DNA of 64,000 nt, taken from the IMG/VR virus record IMGVR_UViG_3300044742_000232, positions 1 through 64,000 of that record; one strand, written 5' to 3'. This DNA comes from a virus. Of the stretch, positions 1 to 9,155 are shown in pieces. Below the pieces are notes generated by a model. It did no database searches, was not told the origin of the DNA, and was given only the letters and a program-made list of their open reading frames with translations. Each line of letters starts with the position of its first letter. Position 1 is the first letter of the stretch. The translations under genes and the position numbers were made by a program.

Positions 1-2
1 CC

Positions 3-830
3 TTGTTCTGGGATATGCATAACTTCAGACCCAGGATGTTCTCTACTTATGGAAATAGCAGCATGTTTATAAACTCTATCCTTTTCTGCATCATTTCCAT
101 TCATATGTATTAATGCGGGTTTTTTAGATTTTACGAAGCTTTTAATACGGCCTAAGACACTCCAAAGCAGAGTTCTTCCTGTTTTTCCTCCAGCTGGCTT
201 AGATTTGATCTTTCTATCGACCCAAAAATGAACTTTATAAGAGTTTTCAGCTGCCCCTATATTGTCATATCTAATAGTAACGTTATGATTACCATGAGTA
301 TACTTTTCCGCAAACCCTTTATATTTTCCGCCTTTTTTCTTCTCTACTTCTTCATTCATCTTCTTTTTAAAATTCACAACAACCTTTTTCTTTTGATGCT
401 TCACTTTTGCATCATATTTCTGTCCAAAACTCTTGGCGGCTCTATCATAAAGATGCCTTTTATAATGCTGAATCAATGGATTAGTATCATAAGCTTCAAA
501 ATGATAAGCATGAGGGTTGATTTGTTTCTTGAACTTATGCGCTGAATCTCTAACGCTAAGAAGAATCTTCAGCCCCGTAACTGGATTGAATTTTGGTTTG
601 AGGGCGCGGCTAAAATCATCATTAACTTTGAAATCAACATCATAAGCGTTCTTTCCACGATGGGTATACATAACATTAACATGTTGACCATCCACATGAT
701 AATGATGCTCAAACCCAGCAGTTGTTTGTTTGAAGTTAGAATTAAAGTCGCTTGTGGTCTTTTTCTTGAACAAAAGAAGCTCGCCAAATTTGTTTAGTAA
801 ATCTCTGACAACCTTCTCAGTAATAAGCAT
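3..830 (-). CDS. Partial basic protein with two tandem related domains, putative internal head protein (runs off window start)
   Basis: Not in the ORF track. Manual translation from ATG at 830 (MLITEKVVRDLLNKFGE...) stays open to the window edge. TATAAATA lies upstream. LITE and MNEE resemble gp21 cleavage sites. Confidence 0.7.
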   Translation of the reverse strand, partial: MLITEKVVRDLLNKFGELLLFKKKTTSDFNSNFKQTTAGFEHHYHVDGQHVNVMYTHRGKNAYDVDFKVNDDFSRALKPKFNPVTGLKILLSVRDSAHKFKKQINPHAYHFEAYDTNPLIQHYKRHLYDRAAKSFGQKYDAKVKHQKKKVVVNFKKKMNEEVEKKKGGKYKGFAEKYTHGNHNVTIRYDNIGAAENSYKVHFWVDRKIKSKPAGGKTGRTLLWSVLGRIKSFVKSKKPALIHMNGNDAEKDRVYKHAAISISREHPGSEVMHIPEQ

Positions 831-868
831 TAAAATTCAAATCTTTCTGTGATTTTTTACTGTCAATG

Positions 869-876
869 TATTTATA
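869..876 (-). promoter_or_regulatory. T4-type late promoter TATAAATA
   Basis: Exact T4 late consensus about 40 nt upstream of the ATG at 830. Confidence 0.7.
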
Positions 877-1417
877 CCTCAAATTCGCCCTGATTCTTCC
901 TGAACTTCCACCATACCTTTTTAGGTTTCTTAGGTTTTGGCCGTCTTGGAGGTCTAGCCTCACCAGGGCCTCTATAAGCTCTTCGGAAAGCACCATCATG
1001 ACGTGCCCCAAATCCGTGTTGTTCTTGATTGTAATCTCCAATTCGCGCCCAAGCATCAAATCTTGTATTATTAAAACGGCCGTTGGTCCGATGAAAAAGA
1101 GACTTCCAATTGCCTGCTACTCGCTCGCGTGTTTGAGGGTCTTCTATGTGAGAAATATGATCGGCAGCGACTTGAAAATGTCGTCTTTGAAGCTCTGGAA
1201 TGCTACCACGTCCCTCTTGAACAGCAGGATTATCAATCGCGCCACGAAGCCTTCCAGCCAATCTACGGCTTCCTCTTGGCATACCGCGAATGATTTGTTC
1301 ATGATGACCGATAATTTCATCATGATTCCATTCAGGGTTAGCGTTGCGATCTATCCGCAACCAATGAGCTAAAGTGTGTAAGGCACGGCGGCCAAACTCA
1401 CCCTCATTTAACTCTGC
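872..1417 (-). CDS. Basic protein; probable -1 frameshift extension of the 1408..3351 CDS
   Basis: The frame is open from the A9 run (AELNEGEFGRRALHTLAHWLRID...) with no start codon before a weak TTG at 1360. Confidence 0.6.
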   Translation of the reverse strand, partial: AELNEGEFGRRALHTLAHWLRIDRNANPEWNHDEIIGHHEQIIRGMPRGSRRLAGRLRGAIDNPAVQEGRGSIPELQRRHFQVAADHISHIEDPQTRERVAGNWKSLFHRTNGRFNNTRFDAWARIGDYNQEQHGFGARHDGAFRRAYRGPGEARPPRRPKPKKPKKVWWKFRKNQGEFEV

Positions 1418-3351
1418 TTTTTTTTTATGAAATCAGCCTCATATTGCTGCTCAACGATATCCATAGCTTCTTCTTGAGAAAATCCATTTTCAATTAGATC
1501 ATAGAATTCTTCAGTCGCTTGTTGCTCAATATCTTCTCCACGGAAAGCATTTGCCCAAGGCGGGCGAACACCCTTGCTTTTAGCTAATTTGCCATATCTA
1601 GATGAGGAAGCCATATTTGATTTAGCTCTTGATATTGCTGAATCTCTTTCGCTGGATAAGGCACTTGAAACACCAGCATGAACACCTTTTGCTATAGCTA
1701 CACCTCGCTCATGTTCTCCATGCGCCGCTGCAACAGCTTTACCAAGAGCCTTTTTATTACCACCTTGAGCTATCGCATCCAAGGCAGCTTTACCAACGGA
1801 GTGAGTAGCATCAGAGTGTTTTGGAACATTTCTTGCATGACTTGCTAAGGTAGAATCAATACCTTTAGCTTGATTTAGATTGCTCTCTGCATCTCTACTT
1901 TTACTATAAGACCGCGCAGCTAATTTATCGTGAAATTTTTGTCCGCCTAAAAGTCTTGGTCTGTTATCGCGTATGAAACTCCGAACATTGTTTCTTACAC
2001 TATTAAATGCCACTTTCGCATTACGCAACATGCCTGGACCAGCAGCAGCTTTTTTCGTAGCAGCTGGTGTAGACGCTGGTTTAGACCAATATAAAGCGCG
2101 ACTTTGTGGAACAAGTGATCTATTCTTTGCAATTGGCGGTTTTGGTTTGTTGGCGCTTAGTCTTGGATCAGGCATAGAACCAGCACCTTTTTGCTTTTGC
2201 ATAAATTGCTCTGCTAGCTCTGCATAACCATCCAAGAACCCTTCCTGAATCGCGTTCTTGGCGTTCTGGAGGCGCTGTGGACGAAGATTCCCAGTCCTGG
2301 ACCATTTATGAAGGCGAAGGTGATAATCATCAAAATCGCCTGAAAGGATATCAACAATCTCATCTTCTGTGAAAACTTTAGCTAGATCATCCACAACAGC
2401 ATAGATATAATCTTCTGTCATAAGTGATGTGGTATCAGCCATTCTTGTCGCGGACGGCACAAAGTAATGAGACGTAGTATCTTTTGGCTCGTCTTCTTTG
2501 TCCTTCTTGTCTTCTTTATCTATTTCTGTCTTTACCATTAGTAATTCTTCCTCATTTAGGGATAAACCGTCCTCAAATATACTTATAATTTCTTCTTGAC
2601 TAAAGCCTTCTAAAAGCATGTCTTTTACCATGGGAGCAAAGTCTTCATCCCAAGTTTTATCTAATCCTTGTTTCAAGCGCCTTGCTTTTCTCATATGGAA
2701 TTCTGCCGCCTTTCTATAAGCTTTAGCTTTCTTTTTCCTTGCTTTCATTATTGCCGATGACTCATCATTTGACATGTTTTTCATGACTTTTTCACGAGGA
2801 ACATGTTTGCCGAGTTTACCTGTTTTTTTATCTTTTGCCTGCACATGCGTCAATTTTCTTGCTTGCTGGCGTGATTTTCTTGCAGTATGGACATGCAGAG
2901 AAATCTTTGCTTTGATTCCCTCTTCTCTATCCATAGCATCTTGCGCGTCCTTAACAGCACGCTTTCTAGCTACAGCTTTTTCAGCGGCATCTTGATATAA
3001 GGAAGCCAATTTCATATGTTTTTGGATATGCTCATCATTTTCAGCTGGAGCTTTGAGCCGAATTATAATACTCTGAGCTTTCTTGGGGTCCATCATTTTT
3101 TCATGCGTCAGATGCTTGAAAAACGCCTTCTCATTGGCTGGCTTTAGACCTTTGCCATAATAGGTTTTAGAGGGAGCATGGTAAGCATATTCACCTTGAG
3201 GGTCTTGAAATGCTTTATGATTCTTCCATTTATTATAGAGGGTTTGCGCACCAAGAACCAACGCGCCTCCAGCCAAACCAAGGAGAGGATGCGCCTCGTC
3301 TAATCGCTGTTTTTGTCTGACTGTCTTTATGACAATCTTAGAAACTGTCAT
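1408..3351 (-). CDS. Lys/Ala/His-rich protein, putative internal head (polyprotein-like) protein
   Basis: Basic blocks alternate with acidic linkers carrying LDEA, LLEG, LNEE, MTED, IQEG, LIEN motifs like gp21 (I/L)-x-E sites. Confidence 0.6.
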   Translation of the reverse strand: MTVSKIVIKTVRQKQRLDEAHPLLGLAGGALVLGAQTLYNKWKNHKAFQDPQGEYAYHAPSKTYYGKGLKPANEKAFFKHLTHEKMMDPKKAQSIIIRLKAPAENDEHIQKHMKLASLYQDAAEKAVARKRAVKDAQDAMDREEGIKAKISLHVHTARKSRQQARKLTHVQAKDKKTGKLGKHVPREKVMKNMSNDESSAIMKARKKKAKAYRKAAEFHMRKARRLKQGLDKTWDEDFAPMVKDMLLEGFSQEEIISIFEDGLSLNEEELLMVKTEIDKEDKKDKEDEPKDTTSHYFVPSATRMADTTSLMTEDYIYAVVDDLAKVFTEDEIVDILSGDFDDYHLRLHKWSRTGNLRPQRLQNAKNAIQEGFLDGYAELAEQFMQKQKGAGSMPDPRLSANKPKPPIAKNRSLVPQSRALYWSKPASTPAATKKAAAGPGMLRNAKVAFNSVRNNVRSFIRDNRPRLLGGQKFHDKLAARSYSKSRDAESNLNQAKGIDSTLASHARNVPKHSDATHSVGKAALDAIAQGGNKKALGKAVAAAHGEHERGVAIAKGVHAGVSSALSSERDSAISRAKSNMASSSRYGKLAKSKGVRPPWANAFRGEDIEQQATEEFYDLIENGFSQEEAMDIVEQQYEADFIKKKQS

Positions 3352-4907
3352 TATTGACCTTTCTTGGTCCTAGCATTTTGAAACATCTTTCCACGACTGC
3401 GATTATTTTCCCATTTCTTTCTGTTCCAAAACATAGTTCTAGAACTTGGAGGAACGGCTCTTGGATCGTTTTTATAGTGATCTTGATGAGGTAGGTCTGA
3501 ATCGGCGGTGTCTGCCCCAATTTCCCAAGCTTTATGTAGCTCATCCCATCTATTAATATGTCCACCACGGGCAAGATAATAATCTACTCCATTATATTGG
3601 CGTCCTTTATCATCACGCACAATTTCAGGCTGTTGCTGAATAACTTTTGGTTCAGGCATCGGAGGAAGTGGTGGCATCGGAGGCGGTCTTTTTTGGGCCT
3701 CTCTACCTGTTTTTTCTCTTGGAATCAAAGTGCCTGGAGAAGGTGTAGCACTAATATTTCCTCCAGCTAGGCGCTTTCTAGCTCTTGCCAGGGTTTTAGT
3801 TTCTTGTGGTTTTGTTTCAACAGGCGTGAATGTTGTTGCTGATGGTGGCGCTTTCACAAGAGCTTTAGCAATAAATGCACGTTCCTTGGCCGTTAGTTTA
3901 GTTGGCTTTGGTGGCGGCGTTGGTTTTGGAGCTAGTGTTTTTGCAGCTTTAGTTTTACCCTTTGCCTTTGGTTTCTTAGGTTTCGCTTGGGGGGCTGGTT
4001 TCTTTTTCTTAGTCGCAGCAAGTGCTTCTCTTTGAGATTTGACTTGAGCGCGAATGGCTTCAAGCTCGGCTTTGTGTTTCGCAGCAACAGCGGCTCGCTC
4101 TTGGCGTCTTACTTTTGCATGATACTGCTTTACACTGTCCCATTTTTTACGCTCTTGCACTGCGGTTTTCAAAGTTCTGGCAAGAGTATAAGGATGAAGA
4201 GTGCTCGCCGCAGCTTCAAATTCTCTTAGTTTTGGTTTTTTCTTACCACCCATAATATGCTTATGAATAATTTCTTTAGCATTAGTGGGCTTATTCTGTT
4301 TTGTACGTCTGGCACGTTCTGCACGGGCTTGCTGGCCAATTGAGTCCTTGCGTCTGGCTAGCTGTCCAAGCGTTCTTGCTGGTGTTCTTGCATTGACCAC
4401 ATAATTCTTTGCGGCTTCATCCAAACTCTCTTGTTGAGAAGCACGTTTGGCAGCAAAAAGTGGCGCATAATGCTCAACATATTTGTGCATAAATGAATTG
4501 AGATGAGGACCACCCTCTTGAGTAACATTATTAGGTTGCCAACCCTGACGATGCATTTCAACATTAGCAAGGGTAGCAGCATGTCTTAGAGTTGGAGGAA
4601 TGTCATGAACACCATCATGTAGATTATTTGAGTTCATTCTTTGATGCATTCTATTGACATGGTTCATCAGATGAGGAACATCACGCCAACGTCTTGCAGT
4701 TGAGTGTTGTTTTACTACTGGAGCAGATGCTTTTTGATCTACATGAAAAAATCGGCTACGTCTTATATCTCTAGCTTCAGCAATTCGTCTTATTAACGTT
4801 CGCGCCGCACTTGATTGATCCTTGTTTGAGGTGTCATCAATTGTTGGTTCTAAGTTTATAAAAGATTGTTGTTTCACTTGTCGCCTTTTTTTTGCCTTCT
4901 TTTTCAT
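3351..4907 (-). CDS. Lys/Pro-rich basic protein, putative internal head protein
   Basis: AAGGA RBS; IAEA, LDEA and LREF motifs; histone-like Lys/Pro/Ala tracts. Confidence 0.6.
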   Translation of the reverse strand: MKKKAKKRRQVKQQSFINLEPTIDDTSNKDQSSAARTLIRRIAEARDIRRSRFFHVDQKASAPVVKQHSTARRWRDVPHLMNHVNRMHQRMNSNNLHDGVHDIPPTLRHAATLANVEMHRQGWQPNNVTQEGGPHLNSFMHKYVEHYAPLFAAKRASQQESLDEAAKNYVVNARTPARTLGQLARRKDSIGQQARAERARRTKQNKPTNAKEIIHKHIMGGKKKPKLREFEAAASTLHPYTLARTLKTAVQERKKWDSVKQYHAKVRRQERAAVAAKHKAELEAIRAQVKSQREALAATKKKKPAPQAKPKKPKAKGKTKAAKTLAPKPTPPPKPTKLTAKERAFIAKALVKAPPSATTFTPVETKPQETKTLARARKRLAGGNISATPSPGTLIPREKTGREAQKRPPPMPPLPPMPEPKVIQQQPEIVRDDKGRQYNGVDYYLARGGHINRWDELHKAWEIGADTADSDLPHQDHYKNDPRAVPPSSRTMFWNRKKWENNRSRGKMFQNARTKKGQ

Positions 4908-4931
4908 TCTTTTTTCCTTGAAACTGTTGTC

Positions 4932-5570
4932 TTATTTAGGAATAACGTAGATTGTGTCCATTTCAGAAGCTCCTATGTTCTCATATCCATATTGAGCAAG
5001 AAACTTATCAATATCTTTATGTCCATGCTCACAAAAAATGACTGGATGATGTTCTTCAAGAACCCTTGTCGCTCCTTTTAAAACCTTATCTTCATATCCT
5101 TCAACGTCAATCCAAAGAAAATCCAGATGCCTCAATTGAAACGAATCAAGCGCAAACATAGGAATATCGCTGTATTCTTGATCAACAACTTTGTGCATTC
5201 CTGTATTACACATATCAGAACGACGAACTGATACCATTTTATTAACTTCTCCAAGTGCCGCTTGCATTTTGATGATATTATCTTTTTGACAGTTATTAAC
5301 CAAAGCAAAGTAGTTCCATGGATCAGGCTCAAAAGTGTAAACAACTTTGAATTTATCAGCCAGTAGTCTTGGATACATGCCATGATTACCTCCAGCCTGA
5401 ACTACGCAATCAAACTTTTTAACATATCTTGCAATTGCGTTTCTATGACTTGTGAGCCAGTTATGTTTTGGACCATCCCAAGCTTGAGTATCAGATATTT
5501 GCCAGCACCAGGGTTTGATGCCATCAATTTCTTCTTCTCTTAGGTAGAAAAGAGGTTCATATTCATGCAA
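4932..5570 (-). CDS. FkbM-family SAM-dependent methyltransferase
   Basis: VVQAGGNHG, FEPD, AALG and IDVEGYE motifs. Start moved to TTG at 5570 behind a GAAAGGA RBS, because the ORF-track start lies inside a terminator. Confidence 0.8.
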   Translation of the reverse strand: MHEYEPLFYLREEEIDGIKPWCWQISDTQAWDGPKHNWLTSHRNAIARYVKKFDCVVQAGGNHGMYPRLLADKFKVVYTFEPDPWNYFALVNNCQKDNIIKMQAALGEVNKMVSVRRSDMCNTGMHKVVDQEYSDIPMFALDSFQLRHLDFLWIDVEGYEDKVLKGATRVLEEHHPVIFCEHGHKDIDKFLAQYGYENIGASEMDTIYVIPK

Positions 5571-5591
5571 AATAAATGGAATCCTTTCAAT

Positions 5592-5616
5592 AAAAAAGCC
5601 GCCAATAGAAGGCGGC
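5592..5616 (-). terminator. Rho-independent terminator
   Basis: GCCGCC-TTCTATT-GGCGGC followed by T6. Confidence 0.75.
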
Positions 5617-5653
5617 AAAACAGGAAGCTTCTTCTACTATAACTATTTATTCT

Positions 5654-5896
5654 TCATTTGAGTCCATCAAACTGCCCTTTATTGAATATTACAAGCTTGG
5701 CTATGATACCAAGCTGTGCTGTATAGCTATCCACAGCAAAAATCGCAGCGGTAGCCTCATGAATAAATGCTTCCTTGACGTTATGCTGCCGCAACACCTT
5801 TTGCAGGCGTGCGACGATGATCATGATATTCCCTTCTGTTCCGGGAACGTCACAGTTTAGGGGGATATCAAACCGAGGCATGCTTTTTCCTTTCAT
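5654..5896 (-). CDS. hypothetical protein
   Basis: ORF in the minus-strand gene run. Confidence 0.5.
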   Translation of the reverse strand: MKGKSMPRFDIPLNCDVPGTEGNIMIIVARLQKVLRQHNVKEAFIHEATAAIFAVDSYTAQLGIIAKLVIFNKGQFDGLK

Positions 5897-6218
5897 TCAA
5901 TATATACTCCAATTGAGTTGCCAATTTAGAAAACGCAATATGACCTCCATCATTTTGTTCCATAATATTTCCAACTTCCATAGTTGATAGACCAGTCATT
6001 TTCGCAACCTCAACTAGAGCATCAGCCACAGAATGTATCACATGAGCTTTGTGATCCAAAAACAGCCCAATAGGACAATAAAATGGACCTTCTTCATATC
6101 CGAATTCACCACTATTATGGGGACGATTTAGTAGTTTCATGGTCCCGAAACATTGTTTATAATCTCCATTGAGAAGATCAATCCAGGCTTGAAGATTTGT
6201 CTCTTGTTCCGGTGTCAT
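5868..6218 (-). CDS. hypothetical protein (YCPIG motif)
   Basis: Start reassigned to MTPEQ, downstream of the terminator. Confidence 0.55.
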   Translation of the reverse strand: MTPEQETNLQAWIDLLNGDYKQCFGTMKLLNRPHNSGEFGYEEGPFYCPIGLFLDHKAHVIHSVADALVEVAKMTGLSTMEVGNIMEQNDGGHIAFSKLATQLEYILNERKKHASV

Positions 6219-6236
6219 TTTTTCCAATTTCCTCAT

Positions 6237-6278
6237 AAAAAAAGGTTGCACAGTCCAAAGGAGAACCATGCAACCTTT
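6237..6278 (-). terminator. Rho-independent terminator
   Basis: AAAGGTTGCA/TGCAACCTTT stem running into a T-tract. Confidence 0.65.
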
Positions 6279-6312
6279 CCACCACCGCAGACCAAACGCC
6301 CTCAGGAAACTC

Positions 6313-6537
6313 CTAGCCGCCAACGAGATTGGGAATGAGAATCGTTTCCTCTTTCATCTCATCAAAGTCACTAACAGGCCGACCTGACCCTTTTGGGTTT
6401 GGGTCCATTGCCCGATGTGTTTTTTTCCAAAGCACCAAGTCATTGAAAAGTTCCCTGGCTTCCTGCAACTGTTTTGGGTTGTCTAAAGCAAATTGACTGT
6501 CCCCAGACCCATCTAGAACTTTCATCACGCGCGCCAT
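6313..6537 (-). CDS. Small protein ending in Gly-Gly (possible ubiquitin-like modifier)
   Basis: 74 aa, AGGAG RBS, C-terminus ILIPNLVGG. Confidence 0.55.
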   Translation of the reverse strand: MARVMKVLDGSGDSQFALDNPKQLQEARELFNDLVLWKKTHRAMDPNPKGSGRPVSDFDEMKEETILIPNLVGG

Positions 6538-6640
6538 ATCAGATTTCTCCTAAAAGAAGGTTAGAGAAGATGAGCGGAGAGAGGGAACACCCCGCTCATC
6601 TAACGGAGGCTTGTCCTGCTAGGGACGCTAGACATTTACC

Positions 6641-6853
6641 CTAAGAGCCTAAGGCTGTCAAGACAGTTTGTTCATCTTTTTTTAAAAAATATGCTGGTGT
6701 TTCTCCCTGAAAACCACCTGATTTATTGAGATGTTGACATAGTTTGTAAGCCATGTTTTGATTATTATTTTTATAGACACGAATAACTTGATTTGTTTTC
6801 TTCTCAACAATGCAGACTTTTCTTTTGCCTATTTTTGTCACTTCATACTTCAT
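6641..6853 (-). CDS. hypothetical protein downstream of gene 41
   Basis: Start overlaps the gene 41 stop (TAATG). Confidence 0.6.
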   Translation of the reverse strand: MKYEVTKIGKRKVCIVEKKTNQVIRVYKNNNQNMAYKLCQHLNKSGGFQGETPAYFLKKDEQTVLTALGS

Positions 6854-8241
6854 TATTTGACATCCTCAAAAATACTTTTATCCATAGTTTCCCAATCCAG
6901 TTTTTGTCCAAAAGTAGTGGCATCCATCACGGGTCTTTCATCTATGATATCATCCTGTGCTGATTGTTCCGTGTCATAAAGTCTCATTTTTTTCTTATCA
7001 ACGCCAACCATAAATTTCCTGAAGTAATTTGGGTCCGAATATCTGTTCTTTAGCTGTTTCACCATGATTTGATTCATTTTTTCCAAGTCTTCGTTCGTGA
7101 TCAGAGTAAACATCAGATCGGTTGTTTGAGGAAGACCAACGCTATCGGAAGTGTTCTCCATATCAGGATCAGAGTTACGAAACCCTTGTCTATTGATTTG
7201 TGTCGCTGTAAAAACTGGAAGATTATATTCAACTGCAATACCCCGTAGTTCTTCCGCAACAGATTTCATATACATGTAAGTGTTGACATTACTCCCATAC
7301 TTCATTCTTGAAGACGCACAGATGTTTAAGTAGTCCACATAAATGATATCAGGAACAAAGTTCTTTTTGAGCTTCAATTCATCCAGGAGATGCCGGAAGT
7401 GATTAGAGCCAGCGCCAGAAGTTGGATACTCCTTGATAATTAGCTTTCCGTCTGTCTTCTGTTTCACTTTCATGATCTTGGCTGTATATTCTTCCTTGGA
7501 GAGCTTTTCTAGGTCTTCAATAGGAACATCCAACAAGTTTGCATCAATACGTTCGGCAATCCGTTCTTGAGCCATTTCTAGAGTGATATAAAGAACGTTA
7601 TGACCAGCTGAAAGATTGGCTGAAGCAAAGTGACAAAGAAACAGCGACTTACCGACCCCTGGAGGAGCCATAACAATAGTAAGAGTTTTTCTTGCAACTC
7701 CCCCGCGCGTAACTCTATTGAAAGTGTCTAGATCAAATGGTATCTTGTTTTCAGTTAGATGATACAATTCCCAACGTGAAACATAGTCATCAAAGAAGTC
7801 ATGACCGATTGCAGGATCGAAGGAAACGGCAAGAGCATCGGCAAAAAGTTTTGTAAGAACACCTTTATCCCCGAGCTTTCCAGCTTTATCATCAAGATAA
7901 GTAATTGATTTGCGAATGACATTATAGAGCGCCTTTTCTTTGCAAAATTCTTCCGTTCGCTTTACTAACCAATCAAGTTCAGTTTTCTCAGACACTTCCA
8001 GACTGCCAATTGTGGTTTGGCAGTCTGTGAAGTCTTCCTTTGATAAGTTTTCTTGGTTCGCTAGGTCTATATAGCAAATTTCTTTAGATGGTAGTGAATT
8101 GTATTTTGTTATAAAGTCCTGAACGATTGTGAATATAAGTTTGTCTGCGTTCTTATGAAAATACTCCGATTTCAAATAGGGGATTACTTTTCTAGCATAT
8201 TCCTCGTTGTGGAGGAGATGTGAAAGAATCAAATTTTCCAA
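6853..8241 (-). CDS. 41: Replicative DNA helicase gp41 (DnaB-like)
   Basis: Walker A APPGVGKS, LYITLEM, IIKEYPT, VDYLNI, TATQINR, KQLKNRY. Confidence 0.97.
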   Translation of the reverse strand: MENLILSHLLHNEEYARKVIPYLKSEYFHKNADKLIFTIVQDFITKYNSLPSKEICYIDLANQENLSKEDFTDCQTTIGSLEVSEKTELDWLVKRTEEFCKEKALYNVIRKSITYLDDKAGKLGDKGVLTKLFADALAVSFDPAIGHDFFDDYVSRWELYHLTENKIPFDLDTFNRVTRGGVARKTLTIVMAPPGVGKSLFLCHFASANLSAGHNVLYITLEMAQERIAERIDANLLDVPIEDLEKLSKEEYTAKIMKVKQKTDGKLIIKEYPTSGAGSNHFRHLLDELKLKKNFVPDIIYVDYLNICASSRMKYGSNVNTYMYMKSVAEELRGIAVEYNLPVFTATQINRQGFRNSDPDMENTSDSVGLPQTTDLMFTLITNEDLEKMNQIMVKQLKNRYSDPNYFRKFMVGVDKKKMRLYDTEQSAQDDIIDERPVMDATTFGQKLDWETMDKSIFEDVK

Positions 8242-8244
8242 TAA

Positions 8245-8571
8245 TTATCTCTCATGTTCAATCGCTTTATCTAAAGGTTGTGTGCGCCAGTCGGGCCAAG
8301 AGCGCAGTTCGTTTTTCTTCTGCTTGGCGACCAACGCAGTGATAATATCGTCTGGAGAGGCACCTTGGCGCCAAGCTCCATCTAGAGCTAGTATAACAAT
8401 ATCCATCCATTCTGACAAGTCATCTGGTTTGGATTCAACCTCAACTAGCTCCTTACGGATGTGATCAACAACTCCTTTAGTCCGATCACCTGGACCAAAT
8501 GTCTTCTTTGACCAAGCGCACTGCCGTTCTAGATGTTTTCTAAAATCAAAATCAATAACAAATCCAGCCAT
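8245..8571 (-). CDS. DUF550/MazG-like dATP/dGTP diphosphohydrolase
   Basis: WSKKTFGPG...HIRKELVEV...EWMDIVILALDGAWR...K.KKNELRSWPDWR signature. Confidence 0.8.
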   Translation of the reverse strand: MAGFVIDFDFRKHLERQCAWSKKTFGPGDRTKGVVDHIRKELVEVESKPDDLSEWMDIVILALDGAWRQGASPDDIITALVAKQKKNELRSWPDWRTQPLDKAIEHER

Positions 8572-9155
8572 TATCTCACTTTCTTGATCGCATTGAATAT
8601 ACCTTCATTGCCATTCATCTTGTTTTGATCAACTGGATGATATTGAGTGAGGCGCGCTTGAATTTTTTCATTCTCTTCAGTAAGTCTTCTATTTTCATCA
8701 ATAAGTACAGCAGCTTTATTTTGTAGATTCTTATGCTCTTGGTCAAGCTTTTGATACTTGGCTAGAGCCTTGATCAATCCTCCAAACATATGGAAAACAT
8801 ATTTATCTGAGGCAACAGATTCAACTGCTTTTGCGAAATCTCCAGTATAATTACCATCAGCAAAAACTGTAGCTACTTTCTCTCCAGTCTTGGGATTGTT
8901 GAAATTAATATCATTATTGCACCTGAAGTCGGCAACAAGTGTAATTTCAAATCTATCATCAGTTTGACTAGCTATTTGAACATTCGTTAGTTTTGGCATT
9001 GGTTTTGGAGGAGTATTATAAAATTGATTTCCTGCAATCGGTTCGACATATTGATTCTGCAACCATTCAGATGCAGATACTTTCTCCTTTTCGCCATAGT
9101 AAGAGATAAATTCATCCTTATTCACGTCATATGATGAGTGTTTCGTCTCAGCCAT
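8571..9155 (-). CDS. hypothetical protein with C-terminal coiled coil
   Basis: Overlaps the flanking genes; heptad pattern. Confidence 0.6.
   Translation of the reverse strand: MAETKHSSYDVNKDEFISYYGEKEKVSASEWLQNQYVEPIAGNQFYNTPPKPMPKLTNVQIASQTDDRFEITLVADFRCNNDINFNNPKTGEKVATVFADGNYTGDFAKAVESVASDKYVFHMFGGLIKALAKYQKLDQEHKNLQNKAAVLIDENRRLTEENEKIQARLTQYHPVDQNKMNGNEGIFNAIKKVR

Noticed and set aside
228-4229. Plus-strand hydrophobic ORFs opposite the basic proteins
   Set aside because: These are antisense shadows of Lys/Ala-rich minus-strand genes; the same applies to most short opposite-strand ORFs in the track.
8245-8571. Calling this a 2-aminoadenine (Z) genome from DUF550 alone
   Set aside because: No purZ or datZ in the window, and DUF550 also occurs in ordinary phages.
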